Of a stretch of DNA of 64,000 nt, positions 1-9,828 are shown in pieces. Positions within the stretch are counted from its first letter, which is position 1; every line of letters begins with the position of its first letter. Where the stretch lies: the NCBI GenBank assembly GCA_958296135.2, contig CATQHZ020000001.1:2016001-2080000 (forward strand), read 5' to 3'. The notes beneath the pieces were generated by a model. That model saw only the letters and a program-made list of their open reading frames with translations. It had not been told where the DNA came from and searched no databases. Both the position numbers and the translations under genes were made by a program. The stretch comes from an uncultured Poribacteria bacterium. Its GTDB lineage: Bacteria; Poribacteria; WGA-4E; WGA-3G.

Positions 1-54
1 AGCGAGTCGTAACGCTGCTGGTCTGTGAGGAGGAAGAGAATGTTGGGTCTGTTT

Positions 55-639
55 TTATGAGTCATAGTTGTTCCCATTATCTTGATTCAGTTGTGCCGCG
101 AGGGAGTGCCACCACCTATTTTTTGCATTAACGCGCAACAGATGCGTGCTGCCCGGGGCATCGTTCGCGCCTAAGCCGCGTTCAATAATTTGCGTGTGTG
201 AATCTTGTTCTAGCTGCTTAGCAATTCTATTTTCAAGTCGTTCAGGCGAACGCAGGACAATGACGCTTACAATTTCCGCCGATTGGAGTTGCAAAAGAAA
301 ATCGATGTTCCAGTGCAAAGTTTTGCCGCGCCTTGGGAGCAGATTACCGATGCCCAAGCCGCATTCAGTAAATCGGCGTATCATCTCGCCGCGAATTGCG
401 TGGGGTGGCAAGTTTGCACTTCGCGCTGCGTGCCGAACGAGCCGCCGTGCTAGGGACATCGCGCCTTTCTCGGCGAGTGCCGAACCGACGTAGACATAGT
501 CACCGGCGGGTAGGAAAATCGGTTTTCCCTTTTTGAAGCGTCCGAATCGGAGTTCGGTGTCTTCTGCGAGTCGGATGCGCAGGAGGTATGTTCCGGCCTG
601 CGCATCCTCGCCGCTGACGGTGATGTCAGGAGTTTTCAT
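55..639 (-). CDS. DUF123 / GIY-YIG (Uri-like) nuclease family protein
   Basis: GTYLLRI...YVYVGSA...RRLVRH...LHWNIDFLL pattern typical of the DUF123 GIY-YIG-like family. Confidence 0.7.
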   Translation of the reverse strand: MKTPDITVSGEDAQAGTYLLRIRLAEDTELRFGRFKKGKPIFLPAGDYVYVGSALAEKGAMSLARRLVRHAARSANLPPHAIRGEMIRRFTECGLGIGNLLPRRGKTLHWNIDFLLQLQSAEIVSVIVLRSPERLENRIAKQLEQDSHTQIIERGLGANDAPGSTHLLRVNAKNRWWHSLAAQLNQDNGNNYDS

Positions 640-651
640 GGGAGCACCGAT

Positions 652-1251
652 TCAACTTTCTGTTTGTTGCCACATCCGAAATCGGTTTCGCAACGCACTT
701 AAAAGCCTATCCATGGATTTATCAATTTGCGCGATACGCGGGAGATTCATGGCGTTAACAAGGGCTTCCGTGTGCTCAATGCCTCCGGAAATTGGAACTA
801 GTCCCGCGGCAAGAACCGCTTCTATCAGATGACGCTTGTAACGGTCACGCTCGCATTTCTGGTCGGGAGCCGGGCACCCTTTTCCCAAAACCGTTTTGAA
901 TGCTTCCGAATCCAGGAGCAGCCACCGCTCAATATGCGGTTCGGGAATCGCGCAAATCACCAAGTCGGCAAAATTCGTAGAGATTGCTTGATCCATCTCC
1001 CTTTTTCGTGCTGAAAACCCAAGACAATTACTATCGGTACCGACGACAATCAGGTCAGGTAAAGGCTCCTTGTAGTGCCGTAAACCTTGTTGGTACAGTC
1101 TCAACTCAGTGATGACTTTTCCATGTCCGCCGCGAACACTATGGGCCCTGAGATTGATTTTAACATGGTATTTATCAGCAAACCGGTGGACCAAGGCCGT
1201 AAGAAAATCTTCATGGGCTTCGTCTTCGGCAAATAGGCTAATATTACGCAT
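652..1251 (-). CDS. DUF4276-like (TOPRIM-like) protein
   Basis: N-terminal LFAEDEAHEDF, GTDSN and IPEPHIERWLLLD motifs; ATG at 1251 overlaps the stop of the upstream ATPase. Confidence 0.6.
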   Translation of the reverse strand: MRNISLFAEDEAHEDFLTALVHRFADKYHVKINLRAHSVRGGHGKVITELRLYQQGLRHYKEPLPDLIVVGTDSNCLGFSARKREMDQAISTNFADLVICAIPEPHIERWLLLDSEAFKTVLGKGCPAPDQKCERDRYKRHLIEAVLAAGLVPISGGIEHTEALVNAMNLPRIAQIDKSMDRLLSALRNRFRMWQQTES

Positions 1252-2533
1252 CAAAATCCCCCCGCACGATACGTCCGGAAATAGCCAAATCATCTTCGGC
1301 ATCCAACGCTGTCTGAATTTCCGATGCCTTCCAAAATTGCCCTACATGTGTCTTCGTGAAAGGTTCAATCTCGGTGGCACCGTTAACCTTGCGACAAAGG
1401 TATACAGAGTCAATAGGAATGAGATCCGGCAAAAGCGGTGAATGCGTTGTGACGATAAATTGGGTATCTTGGAGGATTCTGCGGGTTTCCAAAATCCGAG
1501 CAATCCGTTGAATACGACGCGGATGGATGCCGTTTTCCGGTTCCTCGAACCCGACAAGGACCGGCGGCTTTTTTGCACCGCTGAGTGCTAAAAGCCCTAA
1601 AATGCGGAGCGTGCCTTCCGATACGATTCGGGTGGAAACCAGTTTTTCGCCTTCACGAAGATCCAACTCAACTTGTCCCAACTTATTGACACTGACATCA
1701 ATCCCTGTTATTGATGGGATAATGGCGTGCAGCGATTTTTCAACGGCCTTGAACTGAGGTTCATTGAGGGCCCGTAAGGTATTGAGAAACGCTGCAAGGT
1801 CTTCCCCCATCACCCCCACGTGGTCGACCTCCTTCACAGGATTCGGGAGCCGCATTCGCTCCCGAGGTTCAAAGTAGTAGGTGAACCAGTTCGCCAATTC
1901 TTCCTGCATCGCAACGACATGTGGGTAGTGAGGCGGATAATGCGACATGGAAAGAATACTGTAGTCAAGATGCCGCTCATAATAGAGTGGATGCGCCTGT
2001 CCCTCCATCCGCAAATGCAGCCGGCCTTCAACTTGTTCCAAAAACGGCTTCCGTTTCCGATTCACCTCGCCTTTGGTATTCAGTGCAGTGAGATATTCGT
2101 CTGCCACCTGCAAAATACCCAATTTGGGGAGCATTTCAATCTCAATGCGATACCGCAGATACTGCTCACGCACGAATCGCTTTGAAACCGATTTGCTTCC
2201 CGTCCTTTCTTGAATTCGTTGATTGACAGTCTCAACAACCCGGGGCGATAACTGAACATCAACTTCAAGAGTGAACGCCACTGTCTCGCGTTCCAACAGG
2301 CTCTTGATGCCTTCGTGTCCAAAAGTGAATGACTCTAGGGGGTACCCTCGGTATGGCAAATCAAATGCCTCTTTTAACGTCCGGCAAGTGATTATCCGGG
2401 AGAGAAGTTGTAAGGCATCAAGAAAATTACTCTTACCTGATGCGTTAGGGCCGATGAGCACCGCAAGCGGGTCCAGATTCACCTCCACATCCGCCAGCGA
2501 TTTGAACCCCTGAATTTTGATTCGTTTCAGCAT
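1244..2533 (-). CDS. AAA_21-type ABC/AAA ATPase
   Basis: MLKRIKIQGFKS start, Walker A GPNASGKSN, SEGTLR signature, Walker B FEEPENGIHP, TTHSP switch. Confidence 0.85.
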   Translation of the reverse strand: MLKRIKIQGFKSLADVEVNLDPLAVLIGPNASGKSNFLDALQLLSRIITCRTLKEAFDLPYRGYPLESFTFGHEGIKSLLERETVAFTLEVDVQLSPRVVETVNQRIQERTGSKSVSKRFVREQYLRYRIEIEMLPKLGILQVADEYLTALNTKGEVNRKRKPFLEQVEGRLHLRMEGQAHPLYYERHLDYSILSMSHYPPHYPHVVAMQEELANWFTYYFEPRERMRLPNPVKEVDHVGVMGEDLAAFLNTLRALNEPQFKAVEKSLHAIIPSITGIDVSVNKLGQVELDLREGEKLVSTRIVSEGTLRILGLLALSGAKKPPVLVGFEEPENGIHPRRIQRIARILETRRILQDTQFIVTTHSPLLPDLIPIDSVYLCRKVNGATEIEPFTKTHVGQFWKASEIQTALDAEDDLAISGRIVRGDFDA

Positions 2534-2549
2534 CGTTGTGTGCCTCCGC

Positions 2550-3347
2550 TCAATAGCCTAAACTTTGCAGATACTCCCGATTCACCTTCGCCGCTTCCGC
2601 CGGCGGACGCGGGGGATAGGGCCGGTCCAATTCCACAGAAACCCAGCCGCCATACCGTACCGCTTCAAGCCCTTCCAAAACTGCTTTGATATCAAGTCCG
2701 AGGTTTCCTGCACCGAGTTCTGCGAAGCGCGCCTGTTCACCGAACCGTTGCGTTCGGTAATCCCAAGTCTCGGGGTTATCGGCGTGACAGTCTTTGAGAT
2801 GGACATGCCCGATCCGATGCCGCAAACGTTCACTCTCAAAAACCTGCATCGGGTCACTGCCAGCGGCAAGCATGTGTCCTGTATCAAATAGCAGCCACAA
2901 CAGCGGCGCGGCGGCCAAAAGACGTTCAGCATCATCAACCGTCTCAAGTAGCGTGCCGAGGTGCGCGTGATGGAAGCCTTTCATCTGATGCACATCGCAG
3001 AACGCCAACACATCGTCTAGTGTTCGGGCGGCGTTCTCGAAATCTGCATCGCTCGGATTTGCACCGCCCCATTCGGAACGCCTTAATGACGGAACCTCCG
3101 CCGCCTCGTTGCCCAATGCAATGTTAAACCGAACTCTATCCAATCCCGCGCCGCCAGCGTTGACGATATGGAGTCCGAAACTGCGCGCCAGTGTCGCCAT
3201 CTCAACAAGTGCATCAGGACTATCAATGCCTAATCCTTCGACACCGTCCCATCCTGCGTCGGCGACTTCGCGTAGCACCTTCTCCGGGTTCTCGCGCTGT
3301 TCGCCGCCGAATTGGATAAGGTGACATGCGAGTCTGAATTTGCTCAT
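2550..3347 (-). CDS. Sugar phosphate isomerase/epimerase (IolE/xylose isomerase-like TIM barrel)
   Basis: HHAH, FDTGH, HVHLKD and VELD motifs; RBS aaggagg upstream of ATG 3347. Confidence 0.85.
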   Translation of the reverse strand: MSKFRLACHLIQFGGEQRENPEKVLREVADAGWDGVEGLGIDSPDALVEMATLARSFGLHIVNAGGAGLDRVRFNIALGNEAAEVPSLRRSEWGGANPSDADFENAARTLDDVLAFCDVHQMKGFHHAHLGTLLETVDDAERLLAAAPLLWLLFDTGHMLAAGSDPMQVFESERLRHRIGHVHLKDCHADNPETWDYRTQRFGEQARFAELGAGNLGLDIKAVLEGLEAVRYGGWVSVELDRPYPPRPPAEAAKVNREYLQSLGY

Positions 3348-3750
3348 GAGTATCCTCCTTCTGTATAGGGAAAAAAAGCGTAGATGGCGGCAACGAAATC
3401 GTCTCCTCATTGCGCGGAGATAGCCTCACAATCGGATTTTCTGGGGAGTTCCCAGAACAGGAACACTGAGAACGCATTGTTCGTGCCTCCTTGTCGATTT
3501 TGAACGCTTGGGTTGAGTCTATCCTATTTTTTGGAAAATAGCAAGAGAATTCTGGTGGCACCCACGGACGTTGAGCTCTGGGGAGTTGTTCCATCCCCTG
3601 GGTTTTACCGCCATCTCTCAAACTGGGTTTGCAACGCTTTGATGAGTCGGCTGAGTGAATCATTCCGCCGCGCCAATCGCTGAAAATTCATCTGAACATC
3701 CACCTCCAGGCGAAACGATAATTGTTCAGGAGAATAGCAAGTAAAAGCCT

Positions 3751-4710
3751 CTAATTCTCATGATAACTCTGCCCCCGAAGCGACGCGTGCCGAATCTCGT
3801 CCAATTCCTGCGCGGTGAAGACACCCGCCCGGTAGAGATTCCGATACTCATCGGAGACGCTCTGCCCGAATATCAGCAGATCATCGGTGTTCACACTCAC
3901 TCGCACGCCGCTATCATACAAGACTCGGATAGGATGCGCGGAGAGTTCTGGCACCACATCCAACATCACGTTACTCGTCGGACATACATTCAATTGGATG
4001 TCATTTTTGGCGAGCCACCGCATCACCTCGGTAGATTCAGCGGCACCAATGCCGTGCTGAACTTCGTCCAATTCTAGGGTGTCCACAGCGTGCCTGATTT
4101 CCTCCGCGCCGCCGAACTCGCCTATGTGCGCTTTCAGTTTCATACCCGCATCGCGCGCCTTTGTATACAATGGTTTCACTGCCTCTGGGGAACAGGCGGT
4201 TTCATCGTCATACAGATCGATCGAGTGAAAAATCCCTAATTCTATGGCGTGGTTCGCCAAGTCCATATCTTCTCGGTTGGCAGCACTCGTCCGAGGAAAA
4301 CCCAATTCCGGTCGCAGATTTATCTCCATCTTGTGGCAGTCAACCAAATTCTCAATAAATAGGCGGAGCCCTGTTAAACCGTCAGCATAGAATCCCGCAC
4401 AGCGGATGTCAAAACTCATCTCAAAAACGACAACGCCATCCCGAATTGCATCGCGCACGGCTGACGCTGCGACGAATTCAAGCCCTCGGCGGCACCGGAG
4501 ATGCGGGGCCAAAAACTTGCCCGCATACGCTAACATCCCTTCCAATCCACTCATTTTCGGTGGTGCTTTTTTCAACGGATGTCCCAACCAGCGTTCCACA
4601 TTTTCGAGGCGCGTGCCGAAGAAGGCATGGCAGTGCAAGTCTGCTTTGGGAATCGCCTTTATCGCAGTGAGATTGTCGGTTGAAAGTGCTTCAATAAACT
4701 CAAGTGCCAT
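3751..4710 (-). CDS. Adenosine deaminase family amidohydrolase
   Basis: PKADLHCH, HIGE, HGIG, CPTSN and VNTDD motifs. Confidence 0.8.
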   Translation of the reverse strand: MALEFIEALSTDNLTAIKAIPKADLHCHAFFGTRLENVERWLGHPLKKAPPKMSGLEGMLAYAGKFLAPHLRCRRGLEFVAASAVRDAIRDGVVVFEMSFDIRCAGFYADGLTGLRLFIENLVDCHKMEINLRPELGFPRTSAANREDMDLANHAIELGIFHSIDLYDDETACSPEAVKPLYTKARDAGMKLKAHIGEFGGAEEIRHAVDTLELDEVQHGIGAAESTEVMRWLAKNDIQLNVCPTSNVMLDVVPELSAHPIRVLYDSGVRVSVNTDDLLIFGQSVSDEYRNLYRAGVFTAQELDEIRHASLRGQSYHEN

Positions 4711-5407
4711 GTAGTATCCCTCCAGACTGATGCTTCAGCCTTAGCATTTCATTCCCCGTTTTCTGGAAATGATAGGGCACGCCTTCTACGGAGCAGATAA
4801 CGTTATCTGCTTCAAGCGCGGCAAGCACAGGCAATAAGAAAGGGGAAGGTTCGCTATTGAAATCAACAAGCGGAAAAATCCTAACTTCCTCCGCTACCCG
4901 CAGGAGTTCTCGGATAGACTGCAGATGAAACTCTAAATCTCTGTTACCCGAATAGAGAAAAAGAAAATGAGACGATAGTGCCAGGTCAAACTGTCTATCA
5001 GGAAAGGGGAGGTTCGGCAGTGCCGCGTCCACATACCTCCCTTGCCGCTTTCCGCATTCAAAATCCTCGCAGAACTGGTTCATCGCCTGCATGCGGCGTT
5101 TCGCCAATTCGTCCACAGAAGCGATGTGAGTCCAGACGAATTTGTCTTGATTCGCGCGCGTCTGCGCGATAACGTCATCGTAGGTAGCCTTGATTCGCGC
5201 GCGTAACTCCTGCACGGAATACCGATAAATCGGATCGATGGAGATTATCGGTGTTCCACGCTGATACATCTGTGAATTGAAGGAAGCCGGTCCGTCGCCG
5301 ACACCCACGATTTTCAACGAGAGTTCCTCCTGAGACAGCCCAAACATGTCTCGGTATTCATCGAATGACCGGCCCCAAGGGACGATTTCTGTGTAATGCA
5401 AGTCCAT
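4700..5407 (-). CDS. SAM-dependent methyltransferase-like protein
   Basis: PWGRSFDEY, VGDGPASFN and LPFPDRQFDLALSSHFLFLY motifs. Confidence 0.7.
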   Translation of the reverse strand: MDLHYTEIVPWGRSFDEYRDMFGLSQEELSLKIVGVGDGPASFNSQMYQRGTPIISIDPIYRYSVQELRARIKATYDDVIAQTRANQDKFVWTHIASVDELAKRRMQAMNQFCEDFECGKRQGRYVDAALPNLPFPDRQFDLALSSHFLFLYSGNRDLEFHLQSIRELLRVAEEVRIFPLVDFNSEPSPFLLPVLAALEADNVICSVEGVPYHFQKTGNEMLRLKHQSGGILHGT

Positions 5408-5408
5408 G

Positions 5409-6584
5409 TCAGCGCGCCTCCACCGTAGCGTTTTCTATCCACGCCTCATCGATTTCCATGCCGAAACCGGGGGCATCAGATGGCGCAACGTAGCCGTCTT
5501 TGATGACGGAAGTGCCGGGGAGTTTCACCATCTCTTCTAACGGGACACCGGGTGCCGAAACGCCTTCCGACCGTTCGCCCCACGTAATCGCTGGCATGGC
5601 CAAGGCGAGATGCTGTCCGTAGGGATAATTCATACCGCCGTGCGTAATCACAGAGATGCCGTTCGCCTCGGCGATGTGACAAATTTTGACCGCGGCGGTG
5701 ATGCCGCCGCACCATAAAATATCGGGTTGGAAAATGTCAACGAGTCGCCTGCCTGCCGCTGCTGCGAAGACTGTAGGCAGATACCAATGTTCTCCCGTCG
5801 CAAGCGTCTGCCACGGAATGCGCTGTCGGATCGTCTCATAACCGACAAAGTCATCAGCAGGAATGTAGTCCTCAAGCCATTTCAATCCGTAGGGTTTCAT
5901 AGTCTCGGCGACACGCACGGTGTGTTCCACGTCAAAGCCGGTCCAAGCATCCAACATGAGTTCAACATCCGGTCCGATTGTTTCCCGCGTGCTCGAAACC
6001 AGGTCTTCAAGTTTTCTCAGTCCGGTGAGCCCTTGCTCGGGGCCCCAGGGCGTGAAGAGTTTTGTCGCCTTGAATCCGAGCTCCATATACCACTCCTGAT
6101 CGAAGCCGGAGGCGTAGCAGAAAATCTGCTCCTTTTGCGGCCCGCCGAGCAGTTCATAAACCGGCCTGCCGAGCAGTTTGCCCTTGAGATCCCAGAGTGC
6201 GCAATCGACAGCACTGATGGCATAACTGGTGAGTCCGGTAGCACCGAAGGCGGTTGACAAGCGCACCATCATATCCCACAACTTCTCTGTCGCCATGCAA
6301 TTTTGCCCGATGAGATGTGGTGCAAAGTGCTCTGCGATGATGCGGGTTACGGGTGCGCCGTAAAGCGAAATTCCAAATCCCCACGTCCCGTCTTCGGCTG
6401 TCACAATGCAGGCAGGCCGTTTCCATTCAGACGAAGAAACGTGACGCTGCCCGCCATCAAGCGTCTGATAGCGAGAAACAGGACGATTGAGTTGAAACGT
6501 CCCTGCGCGGCTCGGCGTGCGCGGCCGTGTCTTTGGTTGCGGATTTAACGTGATTTCTATGGCGCGAATGTCTCTGATTTTCAT
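5409..6584 (-). CDS. Enolase superfamily (mandelate racemase / L-rhamnonate dehydratase-like)
   Basis: AISAVDCALWDLKGK, LMLD, WLED, ATGEH and QPDILWCGG motifs. Confidence 0.85.
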   Translation of the reverse strand: MKIRDIRAIEITLNPQPKTRPRTPSRAGTFQLNRPVSRYQTLDGGQRHVSSSEWKRPACIVTAEDGTWGFGISLYGAPVTRIIAEHFAPHLIGQNCMATEKLWDMMVRLSTAFGATGLTSYAISAVDCALWDLKGKLLGRPVYELLGGPQKEQIFCYASGFDQEWYMELGFKATKLFTPWGPEQGLTGLRKLEDLVSSTRETIGPDVELMLDAWTGFDVEHTVRVAETMKPYGLKWLEDYIPADDFVGYETIRQRIPWQTLATGEHWYLPTVFAAAAGRRLVDIFQPDILWCGGITAAVKICHIAEANGISVITHGGMNYPYGQHLALAMPAITWGERSEGVSAPGVPLEEMVKLPGTSVIKDGYVAPSDAPGFGMEIDEAWIENATVEAR

Positions 6585-6651
6585 GGAGCCTCCCCGTAGA
6601 TAATCCTGAATTTTCGGATGAAAGCCATTGATATGCCTCTTATCTGGTATT

Positions 6652-6681
6652 ATTATACATTAGTTTCGCAATTGATGTCAA
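6652..6681 (-). promoter_or_regulatory. sigma70-type promoter of the leftward gene cluster
   Basis: TTGACA-N18-TATAAT on the minus strand. Confidence 0.7.
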
Positions 6682-6794
6682 AAAATCCACTTTTCCAGCA
6701 GAACCATCGGAGCTCACCGGGATTGGGCACGCTCATTGAGGTAAAGATCCGGCAATCTTTACCTACGAAGGGGCGAGAGAATTTGAAAACTAAC

Positions 6795-6823
6795 TTGACA
6801 TTTGCGCACGATTTGTGTAAAAT
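6795..6823 (+). promoter_or_regulatory. sigma70-type promoter
   Basis: TTGACA-N17-TAAAAT upstream of ORF 6857. Confidence 0.7.
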
Positions 6824-6856
6824 GAACCTCAGAACCTCAACATCAGACATCAAACT

Positions 6857-8158
6857 ATGAAATCCACCGAAACCATCTTCTCCGCCGCATGGAAAACGCG
6901 CGCCAAAACCCGACACTCCGTTGCCGGCATCTGCACGTGGCACATTAATCTGAACCCACGCGCCATGCCCGCGATGGGATTTGCCAGTAGGCGCGACCTC
7001 CCGGTCTCGACTCCCACCAGTAGGAGAGACCTCCCGGTCTCGACTCCTTCAAATGCTTCACCCCAGTCGGGCGAGCGTGACGAACAGGCCCCCGCGCTAC
7101 ATGCCGCAAGTTCGTTACGCCATGTCGATTGGCGCGGCCCCTTTGCAACGCAAGCCGGCGCGCTCGTAGTAGAAATTACCACCGACAAAGGTTTGAAAGG
7201 CTACGGACTCGGCGGCGGCGGGCTCGCCGGTGCAATGATTATTGAGAGACATCTCCAACACTTCGTCCACGGCCGCGACCCGCTTGATGTGGAGGCTATC
7301 TGGGAACACCTGTATCATATCAGTTCTATTTATGGGCGGCGCGGCTTGGTTATTTACGCGCTCAGCGGCATAGAATTGGCTCTCGTCGATCTGTGTGGGA
7401 AGATCCTTGACGTGCCAGTCTACAGCCTTTTCACCGATACCCCTTGCCTTGAAACTCCCGCTTATGCCACCGGCCCCGATGTCGGTTACTACGCAGAAAA
7501 CGGCTTCGCCGCGTGCAAGTTGCCGCTCCGAAACGGGCTCGCTGAAGGCGAAGATGGCTTCGCAGAGAACGTAACGCAAATCTTCGCCGCGCGCGATGCC
7601 ATCGGCCCCAATGTGGAATTGATGGCAGACATCTATCTCCGATGGGATGTAGACTACACGCTTCGGTTTGCCGATGCAACTGCCGATGCGCAACTCAAAT
7701 GGATTGAGGAACCGATTCCGCTTGACGACTACGCCGGCATGGCGCAGTTGGTGCGCGAGGTGCAACCGACATGGATTGTCTCCGGTGAGCATGAATTCAC
7801 GCGCTACGGATTTCGCGAATTGCTGCGCTGGAAGGCGGCGGACATGATTCAGCCCGATGTCAGTTGGGCGGGTGGTTTCACCGAGTGCCTTCGTATTGCG
7901 CGTGAGGCGGCGGAACTCGGCATTCCGACGTGGCCCCATCAAGCCGGCACGCCGTGGGGGTTGCACCTGACCGCGTGCCTGCCGATGTCGTGCATGGCGG
8001 AGACATTCGGGCCTTCCCGCGAAGGCGTTGAGAATGAGTTGTATCGTCGATTGCGGCCCGTCCCGCGCGATGGGTTTTTCACGTTGGATGCGAAACCGGG
8101 GTTTGGGGTGGAGATTGATGAGGGGTTGCTGGAGGCGTATACGGTGGATAGGTTGTAA
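6857..8158 (+). CDS. Enolase superfamily dehydratase (RhmD-like) with in-frame REP insertions near the N-terminus
   Basis: SGIELALVDLCGK, WIEEP, SGEHE and QPDVSWAGG motifs; duplicated SRRDLPVSTP peptide from the repeats at 6987-7043. Confidence 0.8.
   Translation: MKSTETIFSAAWKTRAKTRHSVAGICTWHINLNPRAMPAMGFASRRDLPVSTPTSRRDLPVSTPSNASPQSGERDEQAPALHAASSLRHVDWRGPFATQAGALVVEITTDKGLKGYGLGGGGLAGAMIIERHLQHFVHGRDPLDVEAIWEHLYHISSIYGRRGLVIYALSGIELALVDLCGKILDVPVYSLFTDTPCLETPAYATGPDVGYYAENGFAACKLPLRNGLAEGEDGFAENVTQIFAARDAIGPNVELMADIYLRWDVDYTLRFADATADAQLKWIEEPIPLDDYAGMAQLVREVQPTWIVSGEHEFTRYGFRELLRWKAADMIQPDVSWAGGFTECLRIAREAAELGIPTWPHQAGTPWGLHLTACLPMSCMAETFGPSREGVENELYRRLRPVPRDGFFTLDAKPGFGVEIDEGLLEAYTVDRL
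6987..7100 (+). repeat. Two REP family A copies plus one inverted family B remnant inside a CDS
   Basis: GTAGG(A/C)G(A/C)GACCTCCCGGTCTCGA at 6987 and 7020 (33 bp period); ACAGGCCCCCGCGCTAC at 7084-7100. Confidence 0.85.
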
Positions 8159-8244
8159 CGGTGCAATCGAAAAACCACACAATACAATTGAGTCACTTTC
8201 AATTTCTCGCGTGCAATATTATCCGCACAAATTTGCAAAGACAG

Positions 8245-8279
8245 AAAAACCCCGCCGTGGGATTTCCGCGGCGGGGTTT
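8245..8279. terminator. Probable bidirectional intrinsic terminator
   Basis: AAAAACCCCGCCGTGG-gattt-CCGCGGCGGGGTTT hairpin between convergent genes. Confidence 0.7.
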
Positions 8280-8358
8280 AGGTACTTGTTCTCGCGAGAT
8301 TCCGATTAGTCTCCTCGTTGTTTCCGGAGGAGTTGCTCAACCTCTCTGGCAAACACCT

Positions 8359-9000
8359 TCAGGGTTTCCTACCGGGTGAGGGAATTGTCTTGTATTGCTC
8401 TCTTCTTCTGAGACGTTCCAACGCCCGTTTGTTTCCTTCACTTGGATCCAAGACGATGGCTGCCTTGAGTAACGCCGCCTGTTGGCTCGCGGACATGACG
8501 TATATGGCCCCTACCTCCATCGGTTGTCCCACCAGCACATTCGTGGGGTTCGACAGAATCCGCTGGAGCGTATCTCTTGCTATCTCCTGTTTTTCGTACT
8601 CTTCGCGTGTAATCCCCTGTGATTCTAGGAATTCTTCAAAAGAATTGTTGACATCATCGTGTTGAGGTCCTGTCGTTTCAGCGAGCTCTCCCTCAAACAA
8701 CTCTATCATTTCTTCTACTGTGAATTCCTGAACATTCTCGTCCGGCACCTCGGCCCCTTCCGTTTGTTCGCCCACCGCGGTGGTGTTTTCAACGATGGGG
8801 ACCCATGGGCCAGGCACCGCAGTTGCTGAGTCAGGTTCCTCAGGCACTGCGGATGCACCTACGGCATCAACAGGTTGCGTAACGATGATGGGCGGTTTCG
8901 GGAGGCTATCCACAAAGCGTCTTTTCTCGTGCTCTAGGAACAGCGTCCAAACCGTGCCCAAAACGATTAAAACGACGAAAGTGACAATGACTTTTTTCAT
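8359..9000 (-). CDS. Hypothetical membrane-anchored acidic protein
   Basis: RBS aaggagg; N-terminal hydrophobic helix MKKVIVTFVVLIVLGTVWTLFL followed by a Pro/Glu-rich linker. Confidence 0.6.
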   Translation of the reverse strand: MKKVIVTFVVLIVLGTVWTLFLEHEKRRFVDSLPKPPIIVTQPVDAVGASAVPEEPDSATAVPGPWVPIVENTTAVGEQTEGAEVPDENVQEFTVEEMIELFEGELAETTGPQHDDVNNSFEEFLESQGITREEYEKQEIARDTLQRILSNPTNVLVGQPMEVGAIYVMSASQQAALLKAAIVLDPSEGNKRALERLRRREQYKTIPSPGRKP

Positions 9001-9078
9001 CCGAATCCTCCTTATTGTAAAGGCACGAGACAGACAGCGTAAAAATGCTGCCTGTCCCGGCATTATAGGGAAACGTTC

Positions 9079-9393
9079 TCAGGACGAGCTGCTACTACAT
9101 GAACTGCACGTACCTGAGGCTACTACGCTGACTACGACACCGACAACATTACTGGCACTTAGATGGGATTCGCCATCCGCGTGCGTTATCGTTATCGTTT
9201 TTGTACCAACAACTCTGTATGCTGTTGCGGTTCCACACGATGAACACACCCGTAATTCTAACGCGTCAACAGTCAGAGTATACGAATGCGAGTCACCATG
9301 GGCATCAACCGTCTGAACGAATGGTGCTGCCATCATGAAACTGAACAGCATCATGATAGCAATTGCACATAAACCAAGAAGTGAAAACTTCAT
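9079..9393 (-). CDS. Small secreted protein with two CxxC motifs
   Basis: RBS aaggag; signal peptide ending VDA|HG; VCSSCG and TCSSCS motifs. Confidence 0.6.
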   Translation of the reverse strand: MKFSLLGLCAIAIMMLFSFMMAAPFVQTVDAHGDSHSYTLTVDALELRVCSSCGTATAYRVVGTKTITITHADGESHLSASNVVGVVVSVVASGTCSSCSSSSS

Positions 9394-9828
9394 CAGTCTT
9401 CTCCTTTTTGACTCCCCATAAAGGGAGCCGGAATTCATTGATGATAGAGAAAAATCAACTTGCGCAATCCAGTCTGAATCTGCATGCCCCTTTCTCGCTG
9501 ATGCAAGACATTTCGGTAGGGATGTTGGTGCTCGCGTTTCCCGGTTCAAGCACCGCCGCCTGCTGCCTTTCAACCCGTTTCACAGAGAAGCGGATTGCCC
9601 TCCATGCGTCGCACCCCTGTCTGAAGCGGTTTGCAATCGGCAGGCGATGAGACAGGCTCTCTCGCGCCGCTGCTGTCGCAACATTGACTCTTCTCCTCTC
9701 AATGTGCAGGAGACGTGTCTAATGATAACACATCCACTGCATGAAATCAACAATTAAACAACAATAAGGGTATCTACCTGTTTTCATGCCAAAAGCGGCA
9801 GATACCTTGTAGCGGACTGAAGTGGAGG

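Noticed and set aside
3411-3750. Possible small gene or RNA in the intergenic gap (ORF 3223-3663)
   Set aside because: No recognisable motif, RBS or convincing structure
7115-8182. Long antisense ORFs (also 14185-15159 and 54739-56016)
   Set aside because: They overlap well-supported genes on the opposite strand; expected from GC-rich codon bias
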